Source: Sphagnum compactum (Eukaryota). From it: DNA of 64,000 bases. The position numbers and the translations under genes were made by a program. Each line of letters opens with the position of its first letter. Positions within the stretch are counted from its first letter, which is position 1. The DNA is taken from assembly GCA_965153455.1 (NCBI GenBank), contig OZ234493.1:14064213-14128212 (forward strand), given 5' to 3'. Shown one piece after another: positions 13,711 to 26,645 of this stretch. The notes under the pieces are model-generated. The model was not told where the DNA came from. It did not search any database and was given only the letters and a program-made list of their open reading frames with translations.

Positions 13711-14834
13711 AAACCCTAAACCCTACACAAAATCAAATACCCACTCAACACTGCTTGCAAGTTGGAAAGCCTCCTGTGGTGGAGCACCAAGCCTAGGTTT
13801 AGGTAAACTAATGTTGTCTGGTTTAGGGTTTAAGGACGATTTTCTAGATTTACAAAATCTTTAACCCCAAAATTTGGAGCTTGATCCAGGTCAAGAACCA
13901 GTTCAGTTCCATTTACATTACCCACCACCCTCATGAGGAGTGAGATATTAATAATGCAAAAGAAAATTTGAAGAGGTAATAATGCAATAAGAAAACAAAA
14001 TCCTTACAGCTTCATTGAAACAAGGCATTAAGCCCATTTCTCTTAACTATTTGGAAGGGGGATGGCTTGTTTCTTTGAGAGAGAGAGCGAGAGAGATGCA
14101 TTTTAAAAAAGCCTTGGAATTTATACTTTCAAACAATCTGAACCTGTTTTACAAGGATAATAACAGCCCTCATTCAAGTTCGGATGCCAATTTTCAAAAG
14201 AGAGGGGAAATTTCAAGTTCAGATTCAAATCCCATTTTCTTTGATTTTCTGAACTTCGAGATCCAGACACTTCAAAACCAAACCTAGAGCTTGAACCTTA
14301 TAAGACCTGCAAATAACTTGAACCTGCCAACAACAACACTAGAGGCAACCATATCATTTAAAATGAGAGATAGAGATCCTGCCTGTTTGTTTGTTTGACT
14401 CATGTTCAGGCAACAGTAGTACCATATGATTGATTTCAAAGCACATGATGTTCAGACACCTACCCAATTTCAAATTTTGAAGAGAGAGAGGCTCAGAAAT
14501 TCATAGCAAGCTCTGTACCAGATCTGTGGACTGTGGAACTAAACACTTACTTGTGTGGCAGATTTAGAAGCCAATTCAATGTGGGGAACAGAGCCAATTG
14601 GCCCCATTCACAGATGGCATAAGTCCATGTAAGTATACACCTTACGTACTACTTAGCCTGAGATTTGCTGTCACCCCCATCAAGCCAAGCCTCACCTCTC
14701 ACCTCACCTAACCTCACCTCACCTCACAAGCGGCAGATACGACAAATGAAGTAGTGTTTTCTTGTTCCAAGTTCAGTACCACTGACACAGTGTATTTATC
14801 TGCATGCTAACAACATAACAAGTTTCCACTCTAA

Positions 14835-15193
14835 GAGCATCTCCTATGGTGCTCGGTACGTGATCCTGCACAGTAAAATTGGATGAAGAAAATCCAACGT
14901 TTGCCGGTTTGGCTCTGGTTAATTGTGCACGTTGTTGCCGTGGCTGGTACAAGACCCAGCAGCGCTGTGCACCTGCAGAAAACAGTGTAATAAATATGAT
15001 CTAACTGATGGCTCAGTGTTTCTGATTGGCCCATCATAATGATTGGTCCAGGAGGTTTGCTATTAGTAGTCCCCCACCTATTTGCTAACCAAGTTTCAGT
15101 TTCCTGGGTGGGGTTGCAAAAGAGTACATAACTCAACGTGGATCTGAAATATATTTTAGCAGGGTCACATACTGAGCACCGCTGTAGATGCTC
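14835..15193. mobile_element. PIF/Harbinger (Tourist-like) MITE
   Basis: ~35-bp imperfect TIRs, GAGCATCTCCTATGGTGCTCGGTACGTGATCCTGC versus reverse complement GAGCATCTACAGCGGTGCTCAGTATGTGACCCTGC. TAA TSD at 14832-14834 and 15194-15196. Confidence 0.85.
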
Positions 15194-15329
15194 TAAGAGA
15201 TCAGTTAGACGATGGTTTCCAATCACCCGCACTTGGTTTAAATTGTTAAGTAACGCATACAAATATCTCACAACTCTTGAACTACAATTTTGATTTCCCA
15301 TGTGCAACATATTGTAGTTAGTCCACTCC

Positions 15330-16100
15330 AAATCTTTTTGGGTATAATAAGCTAATCGACGAGGCTAGCCATTGAATTTTCTTTGCATCCATGGCATATG
15401 AATTGGGCTTGTGACATCACGGTCTTCCCAGTGATCTCCGATTGTGAGATTTTGGAGCTACAAACACATTGTATGTTTCAATGGACACATGTTGATTCAT
15501 CACATTCAGTTTCAAAGCTCCTAACCCAATTTTTCGTTGGATGAGTGAATGTTGGGACCACTTGTGTAACCTTCCAAGATCTTGAAGCAAATCCAAATCC
15601 ATTAGGCTGAGATCTGAATACTTGGGGTATATTGATTTTTAGAATTTCTTAAATATGGTCCTGTGCTGACAATCCCATAGGTATGTCCAGTTGGAGTGTC
15701 ACTTCCAGCTACAAAACTGTGCCTTCCAACTGCAAGACCCTAATCCCAAGAGGCGTTTCAAATCCTCATTTGTTTTTGTGATTTCATTTGAAATGTACCT
15801 TTTTATGCCTTACCCATTTCCCGTATGGTTAGGCTATGTACTAATCATACACATGCAATCTACGTACCTAGTTGCCACCATGAATATCCCTCTCTCTTTG
15901 AAAGGAGGAGGGATATTATGATTATTCTTTAAGACGATAAGAAATCTTATGCCCATGGATCTTATGAGTGATCCATGGGTGTAAGAGATCCGTGAGCATA
16001 AGATCCCTCCCACTCTTAAGGAGAAGGCATAAGAACCCTTCATCTTCAATGCCTTGTGATCTACTGTGTGTTTAGAAAATTCAATAACCCACTTTTTCAC
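15330..16100 (-). mobile_element. Decayed LTR-retrotransposon integrase-like remnant
   Basis: Broken minus-strand segments GPYLRNSKNQY and FICHGCKE loosely resemble the Ty3/Gypsy integrase 'GPF..S....Y' and 'F.L.YG.EA' motifs. Confidence 0.25.
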
Positions 16101-16996
16101 CATACCATACCAACACTAGGTCTATAAACCCTCCATAGTTTGGAGCAACAACACAGTAATCCAAAGCAAATGGAACTATGGTTATTTACTAGTGTGGTGG
16201 GAACTGCCAAAAGTGTCCCACAAGAGAATACAAAATTATGCAAGTTTTGGATTCACATGGTGATTCTGGCCATGATTTCAACCTTTACACAAGGATAAAA
16301 TAATATGTTATAATTTCCGTGTGTCTGAAACAATACATTTGATCTGAACCGTAGGTTGCATTGATGCCTTGGCTTGGAGAGCATTATAGATGAGGGTATG
16401 TTTGGATGATTATGAGGGATTATGTGACCCAGCACCCACCGATGCACCATCCATTGGAAGTCTGTTTTGACATAGTTGTGGATTGTGGCACAAGTCAGGT
16501 ACCGAGGTTTTGAAACCTTGCTAATCTATCATCCAAACTCTTATTTTCACCTTGCATTACCTAGATCACCTATCTACATATGTGGGTAATAAGTATCATA
16601 GATAAGTTGGTAGATGATGTATTAAGGAATGAGTGCACCCCTAAGTACTATGGAGAGTAAGTTGTTGGGCAAGCTCGTTGTGTGATGCACTTTGTAGAGT
16701 AATTAGGGACACGCCCATTCCTACATGTAAAATATATTTTGGATATATCAATATATTTTGAAACATTGACAATTATGTTAAATTATGGATAGTGACAAAG
16801 ACAGGTAACTAATTCTGAAAACAAAGTCAGCTTGGAGGAGAATTTATGCAATTAAAGAAAACCTTGAAAATTGGCATAATATATGCTCTCAAAATCTTTT
16901 AGAAAGTAGTTACTATCTAGGTACCTTATTAGATAAGTAAGTATGGATGGAGTGCACTTGGTAGCTTAGGTCAAGGTACAATCGAATGGCTAGTAG

Positions 16997-18019
16997 TAGT
17001 GTTGGGCAAGTATCAAAAAATATGTGGGAATCGGACAAGGTTTTAAGCCAGTTCTCAATTTGAAACCCTCAAGATATCCCATTGAGTAATGTTTTTCATG
17101 AAACCCAACTGTATGGTTTTACGTAATGTGAGAACCAGACTTTTAAAACCTTGATCATATATATATATATATTATTGAAACCCTGATAGGGTATTAAAAA
17201 AACTCAAGGTCAAGGTTTAGAATTAATTAGGTAGTTAGTAGTCAATAAAATTTAATGTTTAGTGTTTAGTCAGTAATTAATAGTTAGTTTAGGATTTAGT
17301 TAGGTTTAGGGTTTAGCCAATAAACGGCACCACTTGTATAAAACAAATGTTTCAAACTTTTTTCTCATTGTGTGTGAGTTTTTTATTCTCTTATTTGTTT
17401 GTTGATTATTGTTTAGATTAATTTATTTGATTATTTGATTTGGTTAGTAGTTGTTGCTTGATGCTCCTTGCTTGACACTCCTTGTTTGACGTTCTTTGCT
17501 TGGTGCTCCTTACTCAATGTTGCTACTCCTCTTGCTATTTCTTTCTCAATGTTGTTGCTCTTTGCTTGCTCAATGTCATCACTCCTTTTGTTGCTCATCG
17601 TTTGCTCAACATTATTGCTCCTTACTTGCTCAACATTGTTGCTCCTTACTTGCTTGACGTTGCTGTTCTTTGCTTGCTCAACATTGCTATTTTTTTTTGT
17701 TGCTCCTTGCTTACTCGATGTTGCTGCTCCTTACTCAATGCCACTACTCCTTTTACAACATTAGAAAACAAAAATTGACATAATAAAATTTACAATAACT
17801 GGTATGTGAAACCAACTTTGAAAATTGATTGGTATAAGATGTGTGAGAATCAATGCTTTGAAATTCGGGTGAAATTATTTTTGTAAATTTTTGAAATCAT
17901 GCCCAGGTTTTTAAAAGATGAAAATAAATTTTAAAATAAAAACTTGGTCAGGTTTTTCAAAACATTACAATACCCGAACTTGATGGTTCTCAGAAAAACT
18001 AAAGAACCATCCAACATTG
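16997..18019. mobile_element. Non-autonomous hAT-derived element
   Basis: Ends TAGTGTTGGGC / CCAACATTG resemble the TIR of the 5057-9098 element. The 8-bp flanks GCTAGTAG / GTTAATAA differ only by transitions. Internal 24-bp repeats (CTCCTTACTTGCTCAACATTGTTG). Confidence 0.55.
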
Positions 18020-18894
18020 GTTAATAATTTGTACATAGTTAATACCCTGATTAGTTATGGGGACATGAATACAACCAAAAAGTGTTTTATGTCCACATAC
18101 CATCCATCCTACATGGTGCATTGGTGAGTGCTAATATAGTTCACTTTGGTTGACGATTATGAGGTAGATAGAAATGTGGATAGTTAAAATCCAGATACAA
18201 TATGATTCTACCAACTTTCAATGTGGCCAACGAAGGGGGAAAACCTGAAATGGTCACCCAAGTCACACAAGGTGTCGTTCATTGTCATCCACTTTGTCGC
18301 ATTATGTGTAACCTAAACTCAAAGTAGTGGTCCCCAGTTTTGGCAAAACTATGGACCACAATAAAAAGTCAAAATGAAATAGTACACAAGTAAAAAAAAG
18401 GGAACCAAATTGGGTGTCTCATTGAAATTGGTCCTTATAGGAGTTCCACCCCCTAGTCTTGGATTTGCCTTACTTGTGCTTTATTGCTACTACTCATATT
18501 TTGGTTAAATCTACTCTTCTCATAATTAAATCTTGTAAATTTTGTGAACTAATTCCCAATTTCACTAAATAATATTCAATTTCACTCACTTTACTTCTAC
18601 ATTCAAATTGCCAATGAAATAGGAATTGTAAGGTCAAACCAGGGCCCAAATATAGGGTCCTAGATCCCGTGACTTCAATGTTTTCCACACTATTACATAT
18701 TTCTTTCTACACAATGTTTTGCAATTATGGTGGAGGGAGGATGGAAGGGGCAAAACAACAAACATATGAAGGTTTTGTAGAGTGACAAATTGTCAACCTA
18801 TATGGCCAATTTGATCAAAAAATTGGTGGTGAAACACAAAATTGTGACCACCGTTGTTGAATCGCAAAAAGATAAGGGATTAGATTTTGTTGAC

Positions 18895-20706
18895 TAGTGT
18901 TGGCAAGTTCTTCAATTTGAAGTGTTAAACTAGGGGTTCAAGTACAATCCTTGTGACTTAGAAACAACTCAACACCCTTGTGATAAACCATCACGAGGAT
19001 CAGGCCATAGAATTAGCCTTTTGTTAAAATTGAAATTAAAATCAAAACCTAAAGATAAACTTTTGAAAATAAGTTCATGTATGCCAAATGCATTAGATGA
19101 AGGTGAAAAAATTTCAAAGTGTGTGTTTTGTGTTTTGTTGTTTCTTGTTTTTTTTCTCTTATTCAACATGTGTTTTGTACCTTGTTTGATTTTTTTCCTC
19201 TTTTCAATAAGCTCAAGGTGTGATATGCAATTGCAAGTTGTCTTTATACACTTCACTTTTGGTAACACTACTTATGCATGTTCATTCACCATCTCAAATT
19301 AGCATTTCCAATATCACTATTTATGAGTTTCTACTCTCTAACCCTAATTCCTTGTTATTAGCTATTCACAATTCTCAACTCTTTCATTTCAATTTTTTTT
19401 TGCCACTACCATGGAATCTTTAGTTCCAAACATGTGCAAACCTAGTTCTAATGAAGTTTGTGTTGTTGTTAAACATTTTGCAAGATATTATAGTAGGAAT
19501 AACATTGTACAAAGACAACATGAGGCCCTATGTTCATTTATTAGTGTTAACATGGATCATTGAGGCTTTTCTTCATGGTGGATTTGGAACTTTGAACTAT
19601 TTGAGTTGTTTTTCTAGCTTCATGGATGGATTTGTAATTTGTACATTTGTGCATTTGTAAGCAAGCTAGATTTGAAAGTATTTTGGTCTAAGGAAAAACT
19701 TCATTGAAGGAAGGATTCATTTTGAAACTTCATAAATGGATTTGTAATTTGGTCTTGTGATTTGAAAGATTTAAGATTTAGGATTTTTTTTGTTTTTTTT
19801 ATAGATTCATTTAAAAATTGATGATTTAAAAAGGCTTTGCTTTCACTAAAAGGAAATTCATTGTTCATTTTAGACTTTTGATATCAATTCAAACAATCAA
19901 CCTTTGATTTTTAGTTTACTACTTGCCAAAATGCAATCAATTCAAGATTTTGCCTACGGATTAATTCAAGTAATTGATTGGGTTTTTCTCAAAAACCCAT
20001 CTAAAAAACTGGCCTTTCAACTTTAATAACTAATGGATTACATCTAGGTCAAGGGCCTTAGTTGAAAACCTTGATATTTTTTTCAAATAATTGATTGAGT
20101 TTTTGTAGGAAAATCCAACCTAAGGAATTGCTTGTAAAATTTCCAAATCCTTGAAACTAGTCAATCTTAAAAAATTAATAAAATTCAAAATTTAATATTT
20201 GCCCATATTTTTTGAAATCTAAAATTTCTAAGCTTTGGAACCACTTGATTCTGTATATTTTGAAAATTCAATTACATGAAACTATTAGTTATTTTTTAAA
20301 TCAAAAAATTACACAACATTGGTAAGCTTGAAGATTTTTGAAAGGTTAACAACCAGGCTAAAATTGATAGGTAGGTTATGGATTTTAATATGTTGAAAGA
20401 TTTTCTTTACCTTCACAATTTTCAATTTTAACTTGGTACAAAACTCTATGCCTATAAAATTTTCAACCTTGAGGAAGTGTAAGAGTGCACATGGAATTGG
20501 ACCTTGTCTTTGAACTAGGCTCAAAGATTCTTGAATTTGAAAAAAAATTGCCCCTACCAAAATTGCAAGTTAAAAAATTTGAAGAACCAAGCTCAAATCT
20601 ACGTTTGGAGAACCTATGCAAATCAATCTTTCAAATCCAATCCTTGTTTATAACGTCAAAACCACAATGAAAGGTTCTTTTAGAAAGGAAGAACCAAACA
20701 ACACTA
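18895..20706. mobile_element. Probable non-autonomous hAT-like element
   Basis: TAGTGTTGGCAAGTTCTTC versus the reverse complement of the right end, TAGTGTTGTTTGGTTCTTC, match at 15/19. No TSD detected. Confidence 0.45.
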
Positions 20707-21224
20707 GTACCAATGTAGTAAATGTAAGGTCAAACAAGTTTGGCCCCGGGGTCGATGTGAAGACCGCCCTAGGTAAGTAAGTAAGTAAATTGGTACATAG
20801 CCTAGAGGACCAAGGTCATTCATTGATTTTTCTTCAAAAGAGTGGAAGGGAGTGTGGAAAGGGAAATGAGATGCAATGCCCTAAATTTCAAGTACCTGAG
20901 TATGAGCAGCTTTGGAAGAATGCCAGTTAGAAAATACACAGAGCAAACCAGTTGCCCCACACAGTCTGTATGCTTGCAACTATTGGACTGGTAACTGGAA
21001 CAACTCTAGAGCTTTTTAAAACTTATACAGTTCTGTTTGTTTTTTTTTGTTTTTCTTTTTGCATTTTGGAAGTATATGTGATGTTGTTTTATGTGTGTTT
21101 CTTTGTTTTTGGTTGTTTGAAGGCAGGGGAGTAACTGTCACAATGATTTCCCAACCCCATGGTAGTGACATTAAGTGAACTTGCCCAGTTGGGTTGAGGA
21201 TTCCTCATCATGAGTTTTAATAAC

Positions 21225-21337
21225 CTGCCCAGTTTCAGTTTTGTGGGTGGGCTTTGCAAAACAGGAAAATAACTAAAACTTGGATGTGAAAATTATTTTT
21301 GCAAGGTCACACTTACTGAGCACTGCTGGAGATGCTC
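21225..21337. mobile_element. Truncated copy of the Tourist-like MITE
   Basis: Ends ...ACTGAGCACTGCTGGAGATGCTC-TTA, homologous to 15085-15193. Confidence 0.65.
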
Positions 21338-24300
21338 TTACCTCTCTGCATCAACTATGAACCATCTAAGTAGTTAGTTACCTCTTTTCCTGAATATCTA
21401 TCTCTACCTATATGTAGGACCTACTTCTCACAGAATGAATGGGTCACCAAGGTGAAACAAATCACGAACTCAGTTCAGGTTCATCCACAACTGAGTCATA
21501 ATGGGCATCCAGTGGATGATGTATGGGTGGGTGCTGGATCACTCTGACCTTGTTTGCCGACCAGGTGCCAGTTGGAACACCGAATGCACTATGACCGAAT
21601 ATTGACCTCATCTTATTTGTGTGCAAACTAGGGCACACAATATATTTGGAAGTGGATTTTTAAATTAAAAACATATATATATATAATTTTATTTTTAAAT
21701 TTTTTTTCTCTTTTCCTTGTCAAATGTATGGATGATTTCACAAATTTTTTTTCCCAAAAAGTGTGTCTTGTGATATATTATGGAGTTTCCAATCCTTCCT
21801 TTCAAATCATCCGACAAGGATCGGATGTTTTTTTTCTTTAGGGTCATTCCCATCATGATAAGAATGTTGGATCTATATTCCATCACTTGGATACCTATAG
21901 TAGAATCCCCTTGATTAAAACCAAGAATTCAATGGTGTCTTTGAATTTGTGTAAGTACTAAAACATTCTTGATATGCATTGAAGAATGTATGGATGAATG
22001 ATTGTATGGATTGTATGGGGTCCTTTTAACACAATGTCCATACTTCAACCTTGATTTTCAACCTGAGGTCTATCTCTCAATTGAAATTCAACATGATTTT
22101 TCAACCTGAGGTATATATCTCTCAATTTAAACCAGATTCAGGGGAACTTAAGATTCCAATACGTATACTCAAATTCCAAGTTGAAAAGGATCCAGGAAAA
22201 CCCCAATTTTGGCTGGAATAGAAATTATTGTTTACCAAAGGGGGCATGGAATTGGAGGTTAAACTAGACAGTTGATCAGCCAGAACTAAGGGGACTTTAA
22301 ATTTCCAATATGCAAAATGCTCACCGTCAGCATACAAGAAATTTCCAAAATTGGGATACAAAATACACACACACAAACACACATATTGCTACTCTCATTT
22401 CATCCATTTCTTGGATCCAACATTAAAATCACTGACAACATCCTCATCGCTTCGCAATAATTCATTCATTTGTGCCATTAAAAAAAAAACCATCAGCAAC
22501 AACCAAAACCATGTCCAAGCACCGAGGTTAATTTCTGCGCTTACTAACTTACTTACACCAAACAAAACCTGTTAGCAAAACATTAAGATTAAACATGTGA
22601 TCATTTGGTGATGATTCATCCACTGGTTAGGGAGTCTGTCAATAGCAAGACGCCACCGGTTATCAGACATAACTGAACACAATGAGAATCATGATGATCT
22701 CTTTTCATCCATATAGGCAGTGACATCATATTTTCATCCAAGAAACGATAAGGTTATAATAGAGTCATTGGGTCCAACGAGAGTTGATGTTGGTACCCTT
22801 GTGCTAAGTAATCGGTCACTATTGAAACAAGGGGTGTGCCAAATTGTGGCCTTGCTAAAAAGTATCCTCACGCAAGAGAAGGATTAACAAAAACTCAAAT
22901 ATTTCACCATGCACAAATATAAAACCAAAATCTTTCAAGATATTATAATTCTATAACTAATCTCAAGTTTCAACACAAGCCAAAATATATCATCTTTCAA
23001 AAATTCTCATATAAAAATAGATCTATTATTATTATTACCTAGGGACCCAAAATCCCTTAAGCTACTATACTCTATAATGAATCTAAAACTCAATATCCTA
23101 ATCGCCTTGGCATGCAAGGCCAACAAATTGAAGGTTTATTCTGTATGACCTAATAGCCAATTGAGGTGTCCAAATTCTCAATACTCTTGGTTATGCAGTC
23201 ATGCAGCAAAGTCACTTCAAGAATGAATGGTCGGCCAAACCAAACGGCCATGGACTGGGGGGAGGGATGGATTGAGGAGGGACATTCAAGACTCAACAAC
23301 AACAATAAGGGCCGGTGAGCCACCCTTTTACACCACTTTGCAGGCATGATGGAAGCAAAGAAAGTACCTTTTTTTTCTTTCTTTCTTTATTACAAGGCCA
23401 GTTGAATGAATTCCAATTGAAGTTCCCTTTTTTCTTCTTACAAAAGCCCAATCGATTGATTTCCAAACTGTTAGTTGGAGGACAGCAAGCAAATGATTCA
23501 TATATCCAGGAATGCAAACACAAACAGGTTTTGCAACAAGTGATGAAGAAGAAGAAGAAGACTAGTCGGAAATGCTATTATGTGGCTTATTATTTAATGC
23601 AAGGTGCTTCAATCCTTTTGCCTTGCCTTCAAGTGACTTATTCATTTAATAGTGCAAGGTGCTTCACTTCTCTTTGTCTTGCCTTTTGAATCTCTCCCCA
23701 TTCAATACAAGGTTAGTTTGATGATGATTGGTGCTAATTAGTCACGGGTGCACCCAAAGTTCACAAACTTGTTTTTGTGATGTGTTGAGTTTGTTGGTGC
23801 ATCACACAGAAAAAAAACATTTCTCAAACTTTGAACAAGGGTGTTACAAGATTAAAAAGAAATGTGATGATATTGGGAACAACTTGGAGAACACATGGGA
23901 ACTTACGATTACATTTGGGAACATCACATGGAACTCATTGAGAACCATTTAAAACTTGGGGAATACATTTGGGAAACCTAGCCTAACTACAAGAGTTTCT
24001 AAAAATTTCAAAAAATCCCACCAGCCTATCCTCTTCCCCAAAAGAAAAAAACCTTTTACCTTTTGAACTCGTACGAGCTCAGCCATTGGCCACATGGAAC
24101 CTAAATTCCCGCTTGTATTCAGCGCCCCACTTTACCCAAGTGAATACAGAAGGCCAAAATTGTGAGGAACATGGTAAAAAGTGGGAGAGAAAGAGGGCGG
24201 GTGGTGAGTGAGGGTTAAGGGTTTTTTTTTAAAATTAATTTTAAAAAATTTAAAAAATTTATAAGGGTATGTAACAAATTTGGTGTTAATTTTGTCAAAG

Positions 24301-25202
24301 TCAAAGACTAGGTATGCACCTCTCATCATGAAATCACTCATAACAATTTGAACACTTTCTCTCTTTTGTACACACCTAGTGCTTGGAGAATAGCTATCAC
24401 TTACTGAGATTTAATCAAATGTCTTTACTTTGCGGATACCACTGAAAGAGGGGATAGTGGGTGACAGGAGGCCCAAAGACAGGGTTACTATACCAGATAA
24501 CTCTATGGTGGTTGTTCCTTCCTTCTGCTTATCTCTTGAGTTGCACTTACGGTCTCTTGTCCCAACTCTTAAACAAAACAAAAATATGACGAAATACCTA
24601 CGTAGTATTATTGAAGAGCTTTGACTAGAAAACTTTTTGTGCAATTTGTTGCGTTTCTTAGGAAAAAAGTTGCAAAATCAATCAATCATCCATCAAATGT
24701 TAACCATGCTTGACCAGAGGTTGGTTTGTGGGTACGGGATGGAGGGACGGTTATTTAACAAGCAGCTCATCATCACATATTGATGTAAAGTATAAACCCT
24801 AAATCTCAAAAATGGTGTAATATTTTCTTTACGGCTATTTGATTTATAATTAGCATAAATCATTCAAAAAATAAAAAATTATATACCTGAAAATTTTCAC
24901 TCTATAATTTTCCACTTTAATTAAAATTCAGAAATTGATTTTGCTGGATATTCGACAACCGTAATTTTTGTTATGGATTACTAACGTATTTTATGAATCT
25001 AGACTCGAGTTAGATTTCTAACAATCTAGCACTCGAATAATTTCCTGTTTTTTTGGGGGGTTATATTGTCAGCTCGAAAAGTGCAACAAACTGCAGAATG
25101 AAAATAATGAAATCGCCACTCGTGCATACTCAAAGGATGGAGCTCTACAATATGCTTCCATTCCCGCCAGGTATCTACATCATTGGTAAACCAAGAATGA
25201 TT

Positions 25203-25394
25203 GCATACCATGAGATGCTCTTTGGGTTAGGGTTTTGATCGCATACCACGGGATGCTATTTGGGTTAGGGTTTTGATTGATCGCATACCACGGGATGCTC
25301 TTTGGGTTAGGGTTTTGATTGCATACCACGGGATGCTCTTTGGGTTAGGGTTTTGATTGCATATCGCGGGATGCTTTTTGGGTTAGGGTTTTGT
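25203..25394. repeat. Tandem repeat, 5 x ~38 bp, each with a telomere-like TTTGGGTTAGGGTTTT
   Basis: Unit GCATACCACGGGATGCTCTTTGGGTTAGGGTTTTGAT(T/C). Confidence 0.9.
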
Positions 25395-26354
25395 TCCTTG
25401 GAATGTCGGTTGAAAAGCACCTACTTACTACCATCAATTCCCTCCTTAAATGCATAACTACTTAAATGCCCTTGTATAAAAAAATGCGAAAATACCTATG
25501 GTCGATCATTTGACCATTCTTCCCACCCCCCCTCAAGGACGGGTGGGGGGTGGGACTTAGACGAGACCTTTATATTATTGCATTTGTTTGTTCGACCCAA
25601 ATGGTTTCTAAAACTTTGGAATGAGTTGTTTTTACCTATTATTGCCCAATTATAACATAGGTAGGTCGGGGCCATCATGATGGTGTGAAAATATAAGGGA
25701 GACATGAATGGGGCCAAATGCAAAAGAAACATACCTAATAAAAATCTATAACAAAATTCACCTTTGAATTGCCAATAGGTAGACTTATTTTTCTTCCAAT
25801 CCCAATGTGCCTTCCAACATCAATTATTACCTATTGGGTTCCAAAAAATTGTCACCTAAGCAACATCCCCAATTTCCATGTACAAATTGTTTTTTTCTTC
25901 CATTTCAAATTTTTAAGATAAAAATATTTCAATTCAATTTTTTTTTAAAAAAAATACTTCCAATCCAAAACTTTTTTTAAAAAAAAATCTGCATCAATGA
26001 CAAAATCTAAAAATCATTCCCATTCAAAAATGTAAAAAATCTACTACTATTTTGCAATTAAAATGATACATATATAGGTATATAACCATGTCAAAATTGA
26101 TAAAAAAAAACTTATTCCATTTCCAAAAAAAAAAAAACATACATCTAATATCAAGCTAGATTGGGTGGGGTGGGATTTGAACCCAAAACCCATTCCCCTC
26201 AAATATTCGGTTCCAGCCAATAGGCTAGCTAGCCCATGCAAAAAGTTACCACTACGGTAGTTACCCGAGAACAGCAGCCTGTGGTAAAAGTGAATTATGT
26301 ATCCGAAACTTACTACTGCATTATTAGTGAGTAATGTACGTATTGAAGGAAAGA

Positions 26355-26645
26355 AATTTACTACCGGGCTAGATTAGTAGTAAAAAGTAACTTATGAATT
26401 GAAGGAATGCAATTTACTACCAACCAAGCTACATTAGTAAGTACAAGAAGTACTACCGGGCTAGATTAGTAGTAAGTAACTTACGAATTGAATGAAGGCA
26501 TTTTTACTACCAAGCTACTTTAGTAGCAAGAAAGCAATTTACTACCAACCAAGCTTAACTTAGTAGTAGGAAAAGTACTACCGGGCTAGATTAGTAGTAA
26601 GTGACTTACTTATTGAAGGAGAAGGAGAGCAATTTACTACCTACG
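26355..26645. repeat. Imperfect repeat cluster upstream of the EMS1 leader
   Basis: TACTACCGGGCTAGATTAGTAGTAA x3, interleaved with TTTACTACC(AACC)AAGCT units. Confidence 0.75.

Noticed and set aside
17468-17778. Leu-rich ORFs
   Set aside because: Produced by 24-bp repeats inside a non-autonomous element.
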